Assembly (NCBI GenBank): GCA_028286485.1 | Contig: JAQBRM010000007.1 | Span: 1-49,600, forward strand | Reading direction: 5' to 3' | Length of the DNA: 49,600 bases | Origin: Candidatus Nomurabacteria bacterium | GTDB taxonomy: Bacteria > Patescibacteriota > Minisyncoccia > Phycocordibacterales > UBA9973 | The notes under the pieces: generated by a model | Database searches by the model: none | The model's input: only the letters and a program-made list of their open reading frames with translations | What the model was told of the DNA's origin: nothing | Shown: positions 41,670 through 49,600 of the stretch, piece after piece | How positions within the stretch are numbered: position 1 is the stretch's first letter | How the letters are laid out: every line of letters starts with the position of its first letter | Made by a program: the position numbers and the translations under genes

Positions 41670-43469
41670 CTATGACATCAGAATCTGATTCTTGATCAGT
41701 TCCTTATAATCTTCTGAGTTCTTTTCCAATTCCTTGTGAGTGCCTTGCGCTACAATCTTCCCTTTTGCTACGACAAAAATAATATCAGCATCCATGACAG
41801 TTGAGAGTCGATGAGCGATGATAATAGTAGTGCGGCCTTGGGCGCTGCGGTTGATGGCATCGTGAATGAGCTTTTCATTGATTGAGTCGAGCGCACTGGT
41901 AGCCTCATCAAAGATGAGAATCTTCGGGTCTTTGATAAGCGCGCGAGCAATGCCGATACGCTGACGCTCCCCGCCTGACACCTTGATGCCGCCTTCGCCG
42001 ATGACCGTATCCAGTCCATGATCTTTCAACTTTTCAATGAATTCCGTCAGTGATGCGTCTTCCACGGCTTTTTGCACTTTCTCATCTGGTACCTCAGCTC
42101 CTGATGGCAAACCGAACAAGATATTGTCTTTGATGCTGCGATCAAAGAGGTCGATCTTTTGCTCGACATTGCCGATGCGCGAACGCAGCCAGTGCAGATT
42201 CATGTCTTTCAGGTTGACATCATCAATCAATATTTCTCCCTCCGTAGGATCGTAGAAACGACGCATAAGATTCACTATCGTACTCTTCCCCGATCCGGAA
42301 ACACCCACAAACCCTATCTTTGCTCCCGCGGGAATAGTGAAGCTGATATGAGAAACGGTATTATCTTCCTGTTTATCTGGCCCCTCGATTTCTTCTCTAT
42401 CTTCCTTGGTGGATTTACGGTACGGATACGCGAAGCTCACATCTTTGAATTCAATTTTGCCTTGTAGATTTTCAATAACCATACCATTTTCATTTGGGTT
42501 TATATCTGGTTTGATATCAAGTAAGTCAAAGAATTTTCTTATCTCTGCCACCTGTAATAATATTGAACGTTGATAATTAGTAATTTGCTGCAAATTATTA
42601 AAAATCGTCCCAGTCCAGGAAAATAATGTAATGAACATTCCGGTAGTGTGTTGCCCGATAAGGATAAGGTATACGCCCACTGCCAGTGTGGTGTATTGAC
42701 CGATAGTAATAAGACTTTTAGTAGTGTAATAAGGTCGGAGATACCCTAGCCATGTGGAAGTAGAAAAATCAGCTACTTCTTGGGAAAAAGAGGAGAAGTC
42801 CTTAATGGTAGCAGTCTCTTGCGCTTCTGAGATTACCAATGTTGAATTGCGATATAATTCTGATTCGGTTTTTGACTTAGCTTGATTCTTTTTTCTGACC
42901 TCAACAATCTTGGGGAAAAATCCTTGATTCACGAATGTTGCGATAGTTATATAGAGAATGACAAAAAATAAAGCAGTGAGCGCTACTCTGTAATCAAAAA
43001 TAGCAAGTACGGTTAACGTAACCAGTACCTGTAAAATCGCTGGCAAAACAGTATAGAGGATCGTATAGAGCAAGTTAGTCATTGAGTTTTGACCCTTAGA
43101 GACAATGCTTTGCTTTACCCCTGAATGTTCATTGATATGCTGACCGATTGAAAAGCCAAACATGGTATTCAATGCCTCAACAGACAGGGCCTTATTTACA
43201 TGGTCATCAAGAAATTTTAATTCGTAACTTTCCTTAAACCACCATAATAACTGCGATGAAGTAAACGATATACAAAATGCGATAAATAGATAAACAAACG
43301 TTAAGTGAACATTTTTATGTATGACCGCATCAACACTTAATCCAAACAAGTAAGGCGAAAGTGTACCCAGCAACTGGGTAATGATTAGAATTCCTACTAT
43401 TACGGCAAGGTGTTTCCAAAACGGCCGAAAAAACTGAAGTAATTTTTTAATAAATATTTTATTGTTCAT
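41670..43469 (-). CDS. ABC exporter, fused TMD-NBD (paralogue 2)
   Basis: 599 aa with Walker A (GVSGSGKST), signature (VSGGERQR) and Walker B (LIFDEAT). It is a paralogue of the 38777-40603 protein. Confidence 0.9.
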   Translation of the reverse strand: MNNKIFIKKLLQFFRPFWKHLAVIVGILIITQLLGTLSPYLFGLSVDAVIHKNVHLTFVYLFIAFCISFTSSQLLWWFKESYELKFLDDHVNKALSVEALNTMFGFSIGQHINEHSGVKQSIVSKGQNSMTNLLYTILYTVLPAILQVLVTLTVLAIFDYRVALTALFFVILYITIATFVNQGFFPKIVEVRKKNQAKSKTESELYRNSTLVISEAQETATIKDFSSFSQEVADFSTSTWLGYLRPYYTTKSLITIGQYTTLAVGVYLILIGQHTTGMFITLFSWTGTIFNNLQQITNYQRSILLQVAEIRKFFDLLDIKPDINPNENGMVIENLQGKIEFKDVSFAYPYRKSTKEDREEIEGPDKQEDNTVSHISFTIPAGAKIGFVGVSGSGKSTIVNLMRRFYDPTEGEILIDDVNLKDMNLHWLRSRIGNVEQKIDLFDRSIKDNILFGLPSGAEVPDEKVQKAVEDASLTEFIEKLKDHGLDTVIGEGGIKVSGGERQRIGIARALIKDPKILIFDEATSALDSINEKLIHDAINRSAQGRTTIIIAHRLSTVMDADIIFVVAKGKIVAQGTHKELEKNSEDYKELIKNQILMS

Positions 43470-43470
43470 A

Positions 43471-44442
43471 TTATTGTGTTAGCCCCACCGCTTCATAGAC
43501 GTCAAACATTTTTTTCATGGCGATGTCGTTGGCTTTCATGGCGCCGGAAATGAGGATTTCCTGCACGAGTTTCGGGTTGGCGGCAAAGGTGGCGCGGCGT
43601 TCACGCATGGGAGTAACGAAGGTAATGATGTCTTGGATGAGCATTTTCTTGGCGTCGCCATAGCCGAGACCTTTCGCATAACTTGCCCTGAGCTCCGGCG
43701 AAGGGTTGAAATATTTATGAATCTGGTACAAGATCAATTCATCGGGATCTTTTTCCTCGTCTTTACCGCGTGAGTCCGTCGGAATGCTCATGACCGCTTT
43801 CGTAATCTCTTCGTCGGTGGCAAACAATGGAATAGTATTGTTGTAGCTCTTGGACATTTTGCGTCCGTCGGTTCCCGGAATGATGGCGGTGTTTTCGAGA
43901 ATTTTCTCTTGGGGCAACGTAAACAGGGTGCCGAACTGATTGTTGAACTTAATGGCGATATCGCGTGCATACTCCACATGCTGCTTCTGATCCTTGCCGA
44001 CCGGTACGATCGTCGCGTCGTATAATAGAATGTCAGCGGCCATTAGGACAGGGTACATGAACGTACCGGCAGACACTTCCTTACCTTTAGCTTCAGCATC
44101 TTTGTAGGCATGGGCACGCATCAGATACGGCACCGTTACAAGACAATCAAATATCCACGCAAGACTGGCATGGGCCGGTACATCCGACTGTTTGAACAGT
44201 GTCACCTTCTCCGGATCAATACCGACAGCCAGATAATCCAAGACCACATCCATTGTTCGTGTGATAAGTTCCTCTTTGGAAGGGATGCTTTCGGTCAACG
44301 CGTGTAGGTTGGGAATGAAGATAAATGAGTCATAGTCATGCTGTAATTTCACGAACTGTTCAATGGCACCGAAGTAGTTGCCGACATGAATACGGCCAGT
44401 TGGCTTCACACCGGAGACTAGACGAGGTTTTGGGGATTGCAT
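43471..44442 (-). CDS. trpS: Tryptophan--tRNA ligase
   Basis: 323 aa with a HIGH-like motif (TGRIHVGNYFG) and KMSKS (RKMSKS). Confidence 0.95.
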   Translation of the reverse strand: MQSPKPRLVSGVKPTGRIHVGNYFGAIEQFVKLQHDYDSFIFIPNLHALTESIPSKEELITRTMDVVLDYLAVGIDPEKVTLFKQSDVPAHASLAWIFDCLVTVPYLMRAHAYKDAEAKGKEVSAGTFMYPVLMAADILLYDATIVPVGKDQKQHVEYARDIAIKFNNQFGTLFTLPQEKILENTAIIPGTDGRKMSKSYNNTIPLFATDEEITKAVMSIPTDSRGKDEEKDPDELILYQIHKYFNPSPELRASYAKGLGYGDAKKMLIQDIITFVTPMRERRATFAANPKLVQEILISGAMKANDIAMKKMFDVYEAVGLTQ

Positions 44443-44533
44443 GGGGATATCATACCAAAAAATAAGGCTGTTTGGAAACAGTGGCGAAATACATCAATTT
44501 TTTCTCAAGGAATAATAATGATACAATCAAGGA
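44443..44533. promoter_or_regulatory. Divergent trpS/dnaB intergenic region with back-to-back extended -10 elements 6 nt from each ATG
   Basis: On the minus strand, TGgTATGAT (hexamer at 44449-44454) is followed by ATCCCC and the trpS ATG. On the plus strand, TGaTACAAT (hexamer at 44522-44527) is followed by CAAGGA and the dnaB ATG. Confidence 0.45.
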
Positions 44534-45919
44534 ATGCCAAAACCTCCTACCGCGCCTCAGACACTTCGCATTCCCCCTCACGACCTTGAGGCGGAGCAGG
44601 CTGTCCTTGGGGCTTTGATGCTGCGCCCCAGTGCAATCCATGACATCGTGGACTTGTTGGTGCCGGAAATGTTCTACGCACGCAAGCACAGCATTCTCTA
44701 TAAGACCATTTCGGAGCTTTCCAATAAAAACGAGCCGATTGATGTACTGTCCGTAGCCGCCAAACTGAAAGAGAAGAAAAGCCTCGATGATATCGGCGGC
44801 AATGCGTACCTCAATGAACTGATGAGCAATGTGCCTTCAACGGTGAATATCCGTCACTACGCCGATATCGTGTACAAGAAATACATTTTGCGCTCATTGA
44901 TCGACGCTTCTGAAAACATCGCCACCATTGCCTACGATCAAAATGAAATGGAGGTGACGGAAATTCTCGATACGGCCGAGAAAAGCATCTTCCGTATTTC
45001 TTCCGGCATGAACGTAAAGCATGCCTTTGTCTCCATTAAAACTTCATTGATGGAAACCATGGAGCACACGCTGCATCTGCATGAGAGCAAGGATGAGATT
45101 CGCGGCGTACCGACCGGCTACAGCGACCTCGACAACCTCACCGCCGGCCTGCAAAAGTCCGATCTTATTATTCTGGCGGCACGACCGAGTATGGGTAAGA
45201 CTACCTTTGCATTGGACATGGCGCGTAACGTGGCGTTGGCCGGCATTCCTGTCGGTATCTTCTCATTGGAAATGAGCGCGCAGCAGCTCGTACAGCGCAT
45301 GCTGTCAGCCGAGAGTCGCGTGGATGCCTGGAGCATCCGTACCGGTCATGGCCTCAATGCCGGACATTTCACTGCCTTGCAGGAAGCGGCCAGTCGTTTG
45401 CAAAAGGCACCGATCTATATTGATGACCAAGCCGGCAACTCCATCGTCAAGATGCGTTCCGTGGCGCGCCGATTGAAAAGCGAGCACGGCCTGGGGTTGA
45501 TCGTGATTGACTACTTACAGCTCATGACTACCAGCAAGAACTATGACAACATGGTCAACCAAGTGACGGAAATTTCCCGTTCCTTGAAGCAGCTGGCCCG
45601 TGAGCTTGATGTGCCCGTCCTAGCCTTGTCACAGCTCTCTCGTGCCGTGGAATCCCGTGGCGGACGCCCTCGCTTATCCGACCTCCGTGACTCCGGTTCC
45701 ATCGAGCAAGATGCCGACCTTGTGATGTTCCTGCACCGCGAAGATCGCTACAAGGAGCAGCATGAGAAGGATAATATTACCGAAATCCTGATTGAAAAGC
45801 ACCGTAATGGTCCGGTGGGCATGATTCAGCTCTTATTTGACGGTAAGACTACTTCCTTCCTCGCCATGGACAAGGCGCATGCTCCTGCCACCAAGGCAGT
45901 GTCACTGGAAGACTTCTAA
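44534..45919 (+). CDS. dnaB: Replicative DNA helicase DnaB
   Basis: 461 aa. The N-terminus is PPHDLEAEQAVLGALM and Walker A is ARPSMGKTTFAL. It also has IVIDYLQLM and SQLSRAVE. Confidence 0.95.
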   Translation: MPKPPTAPQTLRIPPHDLEAEQAVLGALMLRPSAIHDIVDLLVPEMFYARKHSILYKTISELSNKNEPIDVLSVAAKLKEKKSLDDIGGNAYLNELMSNVPSTVNIRHYADIVYKKYILRSLIDASENIATIAYDQNEMEVTEILDTAEKSIFRISSGMNVKHAFVSIKTSLMETMEHTLHLHESKDEIRGVPTGYSDLDNLTAGLQKSDLIILAARPSMGKTTFALDMARNVALAGIPVGIFSLEMSAQQLVQRMLSAESRVDAWSIRTGHGLNAGHFTALQEAASRLQKAPIYIDDQAGNSIVKMRSVARRLKSEHGLGLIVIDYLQLMTTSKNYDNMVNQVTEISRSLKQLARELDVPVLALSQLSRAVESRGGRPRLSDLRDSGSIEQDADLVMFLHREDRYKEQHEKDNITEILIEKHRNGPVGMIQLLFDGKTTSFLAMDKAHAPATKAVSLEDF

Positions 45920-45922
45920 TAT

Positions 45923-46540
45923 ATGAATGACTCGGTTGATCGATTGGCAAAGTTATTCTTGAAATTTCCCGGCATTGGCGAGCGCCAAGCGCGGCGTTTC
46001 GCCTACTTCATACTGACACAGCAGGAAGGGTATGTGGATACGCTATCTCGCGCCTTGGTGGCAGCCCGTGCCCATGCCAATATGTGCAATCGTTGTTTGC
46101 GAATTTTCGAAGGGACGACGGATTCCAACTCTGGTTTGTGTGAAATTTGCAGTGATGAGCATCGCGATCAAGGCAGTATCGTGGTGGTGGAAAAAAGCCA
46201 GGACATCGAGAGTTTTGCGCGGACAGACTATAACGGATTGTTTTTCGTGTTGGGCGGACTGATTCCCATCGTGCAGAAGGACATCATTCAAGGCACCAAT
46301 GCGGCAAAACTGATCGCGCGCGTACAAGCGGAGCGCGCCGACGGCGCGCTGCGCGAAGTCATCCTCGCGTTTCCCATCACTCCTAACGGTGAACACACCG
46401 ACAGCGCCCTGCGCGAACTGCTCGCTCCCGTCAGTGACACCCTGACTATCACCTCGCTCGGCCGCGGCCTGTCCACCGGCGCCGAACTCGAATACGCCGA
46501 CCCCGCTTCCTTGGAGGCCTCATTGAAAAAACGGGAATAA
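45923..46540 (+). CDS. recR: Recombination protein RecR
   Basis: 205 aa with LPGIGERQARRFA (HhH), a C4 zinc finger (CNRC...CEIC) and a Toprim-like core. Confidence 0.95.
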   Translation: MNDSVDRLAKLFLKFPGIGERQARRFAYFILTQQEGYVDTLSRALVAARAHANMCNRCLRIFEGTTDSNSGLCEICSDEHRDQGSIVVVEKSQDIESFARTDYNGLFFVLGGLIPIVQKDIIQGTNAAKLIARVQAERADGALREVILAFPITPNGEHTDSALRELLAPVSDTLTITSLGRGLSTGAELEYADPASLEASLKKRE

Positions 46541-46568
46541 AAAAACCTCTCATATGAGAGGTTTTTTT
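46539..46568. terminator. Bidirectional rho-independent terminator between recR and rplU
   Basis: CCTCTC (46546-46551) pairs with GAGAGG (46556-46561). The stem is flanked by an A-run and a 7-nt T-run. Confidence 0.8.
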
Positions 46569-46569
46569 A

Positions 46570-46962
46570 TTAAGCGATTGCTGCAATCTTTACTTTGATG
46601 TACGGTTGGCGGTGGCCGTTTTTCTTCATGTAGCGGCTCTTCTGCTTGTATTTGATGACGGTGACTTTCGGAGCGCGGCCGACAATGGTCACTTCACCCG
46701 TTACTACTGCGCCGGTAATGAACGGGGTGCCGATAACGGTATCAACGCCATTGTCCGTAAGGAGCACTTGGTCAAAAGACACGGCATCGCCCTTCTTGCT
46801 CTCTTCCTTGAACTTCTCAATCATGATCGTTTCGCCGACTGATACGCGGTACTGCTTGCCGCCTGTGGCAATAACAGCGAATTCGCTCATGTTGGTTTTT
46901 GTTGTTTTAGGTGCCGCAGCCTTCTTGACAGGGGCTGGGGTCTTTTTTGTTACTGTTGCCAT
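46570..46962 (-). CDS. rplU: 50S ribosomal protein L21 with a Lys/Ala/Pro-rich N-terminal extension
   Basis: The canonical L21 core begins MSEFAVIATGGKQYRV. I chose the ATG at 46962 (MATVTKKTPAPVKK...). It lies 11 nt downstream of TATACT (46974-46979), with TTGCAA (46996-47001) 16 nt further upstream. An alternative start is the ATG at 46890. Confidence 0.85.
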   Translation of the reverse strand: MATVTKKTPAPVKKAAAPKTTKTNMSEFAVIATGGKQYRVSVGETIMIEKFKEESKKGDAVSFDQVLLTDNGVDTVIGTPFITGAVVTGEVTIVGRAPKVTVIKYKQKSRYMKKNGHRQPYIKVKIAAIA

Positions 46963-47091
46963 ATTGAGCCAATAGTATACCTGTTTCGTCATATTTTGCA
47001 AGCATCCACGGCGCAAGGCAGGGATACTTGCAAAATCAATCCAATAGCGCAAGAATCTTACTAATTACTTAAAAAATGCTACAATATCCCC

Positions 47092-48009
47092 ATGATTTCC
47101 CGCTATACCTACCACGGCCTGACTTGGGTCGACCTTGAGTCCCCGAGCCGGGAAGAGATCCTGCATATCAGCGAGGAATTCGGCCTGTCCAAGCTGGTCG
47201 AGGAAGAGATATTCTCCACCACCCTCCGTTCAAAAGTGGACCTGTACGACAACTTCATTTACCTCATCCTGCACTTCCCTATTTTCAATAAAAAGAACAA
47301 GGTGCGCAGCGATCAAGAGCTGGACTTCATCATTGGCAAGAAATTCATCGTGACCGTACGCTATGAAATGATTGATCCCATCCACCAATTTGCCACGCTG
47401 TTCGAAAATGTCGAGCAATTGGACCAGCACAAGAAAATTTCAGATACCGGCATCATGTTCATGGAAATGATGAAGCAGCTGTACAAAGCCTCCGCCAAAG
47501 AACTGGAAGATATCACCAATCGCATTCCGGAAATAGAACGCAATATTTTTGACGGCAAGGAAGAGGCCATGGTGAAAATTATCTCCCATACCAATCGCAA
47601 GCTGCTCGACTTCAAGCAAGCCATTCGTTTTCACGGCGATATTTTGCAATCCTATGAAGCGGCCAGTAAGCGCTTCTTTGGTGATGACTATGGTTACTAT
47701 GCCACACTGATCACTTCGGAATTCAATAAAGTAAACAGTGTCTTGGAAGGCCATCATGACTTGTTGAAAGAATTGCAACTTACCAACGACTCATTATTGT
47801 CGGCCAAATCAAATGAGATACTGCGCACCTTTACTATTTTGACCTTCGTCATGCTGCCGCTCACCCTTATTACCGGTATTTTCAGTATGAACACCGGCGG
47901 CAACCTGATTTTTATCAAAAGCATTAATGATTTTTATATCATAATCGCCGCCATGACCCTTACCGGTCTGTGCATGTTTATCTTTTTCCGATTACGGAAG
48001 TGGATTTAA
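47092..48009 (+). CDS. corA: CorA-family divalent-cation transporter (SMN variant of the GMN motif)
   Basis: 305 aa with a cytoplasmic alpha/beta plus helical domain and two C-terminal TM segments. FSMNTGG (SMN encoded at 47884-47892) sits where YGMNF is expected. Confidence 0.8.
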   Translation: MISRYTYHGLTWVDLESPSREEILHISEEFGLSKLVEEEIFSTTLRSKVDLYDNFIYLILHFPIFNKKNKVRSDQELDFIIGKKFIVTVRYEMIDPIHQFATLFENVEQLDQHKKISDTGIMFMEMMKQLYKASAKELEDITNRIPEIERNIFDGKEEAMVKIISHTNRKLLDFKQAIRFHGDILQSYEAASKRFFGDDYGYYATLITSEFNKVNSVLEGHHDLLKELQLTNDSLLSAKSNEILRTFTILTFVMLPLTLITGIFSMNTGGNLIFIKSINDFYIIIAAMTLTGLCMFIFFRLRKWI

Positions 48010-48024
48010 CAACGGATATACCAT

Positions 48025-49401
48025 ATGGCCTTGAAACTCTACAATACCAAATCCCGCACCGTTGAAGAATTCATTCCTTTGAATGAAAAGACTGTGAGTA
48101 TGTATGCTTGCGGGCCAACAGTCTATGACTATACCCATATCGGCCACATACGAAAATATGTCGGTGATGATATCCTGCGCCGTACGCTGACATTGCTCGG
48201 CTATGACGTGAAGCATGTGATGAATATTACCGATGTGGGGCATCTGACCGATGATGCTGATACCGGTGATGATAAGTTTGAAAAAAGCGCTCTGAAAGAA
48301 GGTAAAGACGTCTGGGATATTGCCGCATTTTATACGGACTATTTTCATGACACGATGCGAGCAGTGAATGCCCTGCCGCCCACCATTGAAGCAAGGGCTA
48401 CTGACCATATTGCGGAAATGATTGCCTTGATTGAAACGCTTGTCGCAGAAGGCGTAGCGTACGAAACTCCTCACGCTATTTATTTTGATGTCACAAAAGA
48501 TCCGCACTACGGTGAATTGTCCGGCCAGAAACTCAGTGACAAGGAAACCGCCGCACGTGATGACGTTGTTATTGATCCGGACAAGAAAAATCCCGCCGAC
48601 TTTTCACTATGGTTTAAACGCGTGGGCAAGTTTGCCGATCATGTCATGCACTGGCCGAGTCCGTGGGGTGACGGCTTTCCCGGTTGGCATATCGAATGCT
48701 CGGCCATGGCCATGCATTTCCTGGGAGAGACGATCGATATTCATACCGGTGGCATCGATCACGTTCCCGTCCATCATGAAAATGAGATTGCCCAGAGTGA
48801 ATGCGCTACTCATAAACAATTCGTACGATATTGGGTACACCATGAATTCCTATTGGTGGATGGCGTGAAAATGTCCAAGAGCCTGCAAAATTTTTATACC
48901 ATCGATGATATTACTGCCCGACATATTGATCCTTTGGCGACTCGTTTAATGTTCATGCAAACAAGCTACCGCAAACCGATTAATTTCACATGGGATTCCT
49001 TGGAGGTTGCCAATCAGCAATATAAAAAGCTGCAAAAATTTGCCGCTCATCATGAAGAAGTGGGTGAAGTAAATGAGGGGTATAAAAATATTTTTATAGA
49101 AGGGCTTTCAGATGATATAAATACCGCCAAAGCGTTAGCGACTGTCTGGGAATTGCTGGCGGATGCTGCAGTATCTGAAGCAGACAAATGGGCTACATTG
49201 CTTCATTTTGATACGGTCTTGGGATTGAATTTAAAGGATGTGGAAAAATTCAGCATTTCCGACGAGGCAATGGAACTTATGAAAAAACGCGATAGCGCCC
49301 GTCAGGAAAAAGATTTCGCGCAATCCGATGAACTGCGCCGCCAATTGGAAGGCTTGGGCTATGAAGTCTTGGACACAGCGGAAGGAACAAAATTACAATA
49401 A
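48025..49401 (+). CDS. cysS: Cysteine--tRNA ligase
   Basis: 458 aa with HIGH (YTHIGHIRKY), KMSKS (GVKMSKS) and the WPSPWG...GWHIECS zinc-site region. Confidence 0.95.
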   Translation: MALKLYNTKSRTVEEFIPLNEKTVSMYACGPTVYDYTHIGHIRKYVGDDILRRTLTLLGYDVKHVMNITDVGHLTDDADTGDDKFEKSALKEGKDVWDIAAFYTDYFHDTMRAVNALPPTIEARATDHIAEMIALIETLVAEGVAYETPHAIYFDVTKDPHYGELSGQKLSDKETAARDDVVIDPDKKNPADFSLWFKRVGKFADHVMHWPSPWGDGFPGWHIECSAMAMHFLGETIDIHTGGIDHVPVHHENEIAQSECATHKQFVRYWVHHEFLLVDGVKMSKSLQNFYTIDDITARHIDPLATRLMFMQTSYRKPINFTWDSLEVANQQYKKLQKFAAHHEEVGEVNEGYKNIFIEGLSDDINTAKALATVWELLADAAVSEADKWATLLHFDTVLGLNLKDVEKFSISDEAMELMKKRDSARQEKDFAQSDELRRQLEGLGYEVLDTAEGTKLQ

Positions 49402-49422
49402 AAAGGTACTGGGTACCTTTTT
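49399..49422. terminator. Bidirectional hairpin between cysS and lysS
   Basis: AAAGGTAC (49402-49409) pairs with GTACCTTT (49413-49420). It is flanked by A-runs and T-runs. Confidence 0.7.
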
Positions 49423-49427
49423 ATTAT

Positions 49428-49600
49428 TTATTGATGTTTTGGTTTCAATAGCGGGAAAAGCTGTGTTTCGCGCAGCGGTTTATCCACAAGGAAGGCAAAG
49501 AATCGTTCGCCCATGCCGAAACCAAAGGCCGGCGGCATGCCATGTTCCAGCATTTCCACAAATTCATCATCGGGCATCATAGCTTCGCCATCCCCCTCTT
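49428..49600 (-). CDS. lysS: Lysine--tRNA ligase (class II), C-terminal fragment; N-terminus beyond the window end
   Basis: My own minus-strand translation is EGDGEAMMPDDEFVEMLEHGMPPAFGFGMGERFFAFLVDKPLRETQLFPLLKPKHQ, ending at the stop at 49428-49430. The GDxEAM...EYGMPP...G.G.DR pattern is LysRS-like. Confidence 0.75.
   Translation of the reverse strand, partial: EGDGEAMMPDDEFVEMLEHGMPPAFGFGMGERFFAFLVDKPLRETQLFPLLKPKHQ

Noticed and set aside
44450-44689. Minus-strand 79-aa ORF spanning the trpS/dnaB intergenic region and the dnaB 5' end
   Set aside because: It overlaps the dnaB N-terminal domain coding region and both promoters. It has no supporting features.
46996-47035. TTGCAAG ... CTTGCAA inverted repeat upstream of rplU as a regulatory hairpin
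   Set aside because: The 7-bp arms are separated by a loop of about 26 nt, and one arm doubles as the putative -35 element. The evidence is too weak.
46963-47052. Longest form of the rplU ORF (MRYWIDFASIPALRRGCLQN...)
   Set aside because: The extra 30 codons cover the predicted TTGCAA/TATACT promoter and look non-ribosomal.
47992-48507. Minus-strand 171-aa ORF
   Set aside because: It is antisense to cysS, which carries the HIGH and KMSKS motifs.
1-49600. Search for tRNA/rRNA genes, CRISPR arrays, IS elements, integrases, reverse transcriptases and riboswitch-length leaders upstream of the aaRS, corA and ATPase genes
   Set aside because: No intergenic region shows tRNA-like T-arm or acceptor features, or spaced direct repeats. 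No transposase-, integrase- or RT-like ORF is present. Leaders upstream of trpS, aspS, cysS and corA are too short (about 15-90 nt) for T-box or M-box elements. This was done by eye only, so a covariance-model scan (Infernal/tRNAscan) would be needed to be definitive.

Overview
This looks like a chromosomal window from a small-genome, probably monoderm bacterium. Gene content and protein features recall Patescibacteria/CPR, but that is inference only. It is densely coding, with about 47 well-supported protein genes plus a few mini-ORF candidates. I saw no rRNA, tRNA, CRISPR array, transposase or integrase.

Housekeeping blocks:
- murG-ftsW-mraY, scpA-scpB and aspS on the minus strand (32.2-38.2 kb).
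- trpS / dnaB-recR / rplU / corA-cysS / lysS (43.5-49.6 kb).
- lexA with an ABC-F ATPase and a flavoprotein (16.1-19.8 kb).

Accessory content:
- A partial P-type ATPase and a GT2 glycosyltransferase.
- Two DedA paralogues.
- An ApbE / FMN-binding / DoxX module.
- A MarR / two-adaptor / MFS efflux operon.
- A MacAB-like tripartite ABC system.
- A nitroreductase/HxlR pair.
- An ECF sigma factor with a putative anti-sigma factor.
- A heterodimeric ABC exporter pair.
- A visibly AT-rich block (38.2-43.5 kb) carrying two convergent paralogous ABC exporters.

The most interesting locus is 23.6-28.7 kb. It encodes an OmpR-type response regulator, then a 234-nt gap containing a promoter-like element and a 37-codon ORF with a single C-proximal Trp. 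Next come a six-TM histidine kinase, a 624-aa fusion protein and a YihY membrane protein. The fusion joins a terpene-cyclase-like alpha/alpha-toroid domain (QW-like repeats, DLDDT motif) to an isoprenoid-synthase-like domain with two Asp-rich motifs. I read this as a possible ComQXPA-like prenylated-peptide signalling cassette in a new arrangement. That is a hypothesis, not a demonstration.

Other notable points:
- A Cheo-type LexA box sits exactly in the 17-nt spacer of a promoter that drives two stacked small ORFs followed by lexA.
- A paralogous beta-rich insert occurs in the hairpin region of two membrane-fusion proteins.
- The bacterial-type AspRS lacks the GAD insertion.
- A -10 hexamer recurs 6-11 nt upstream of start codons, suggesting leaderless mRNAs.
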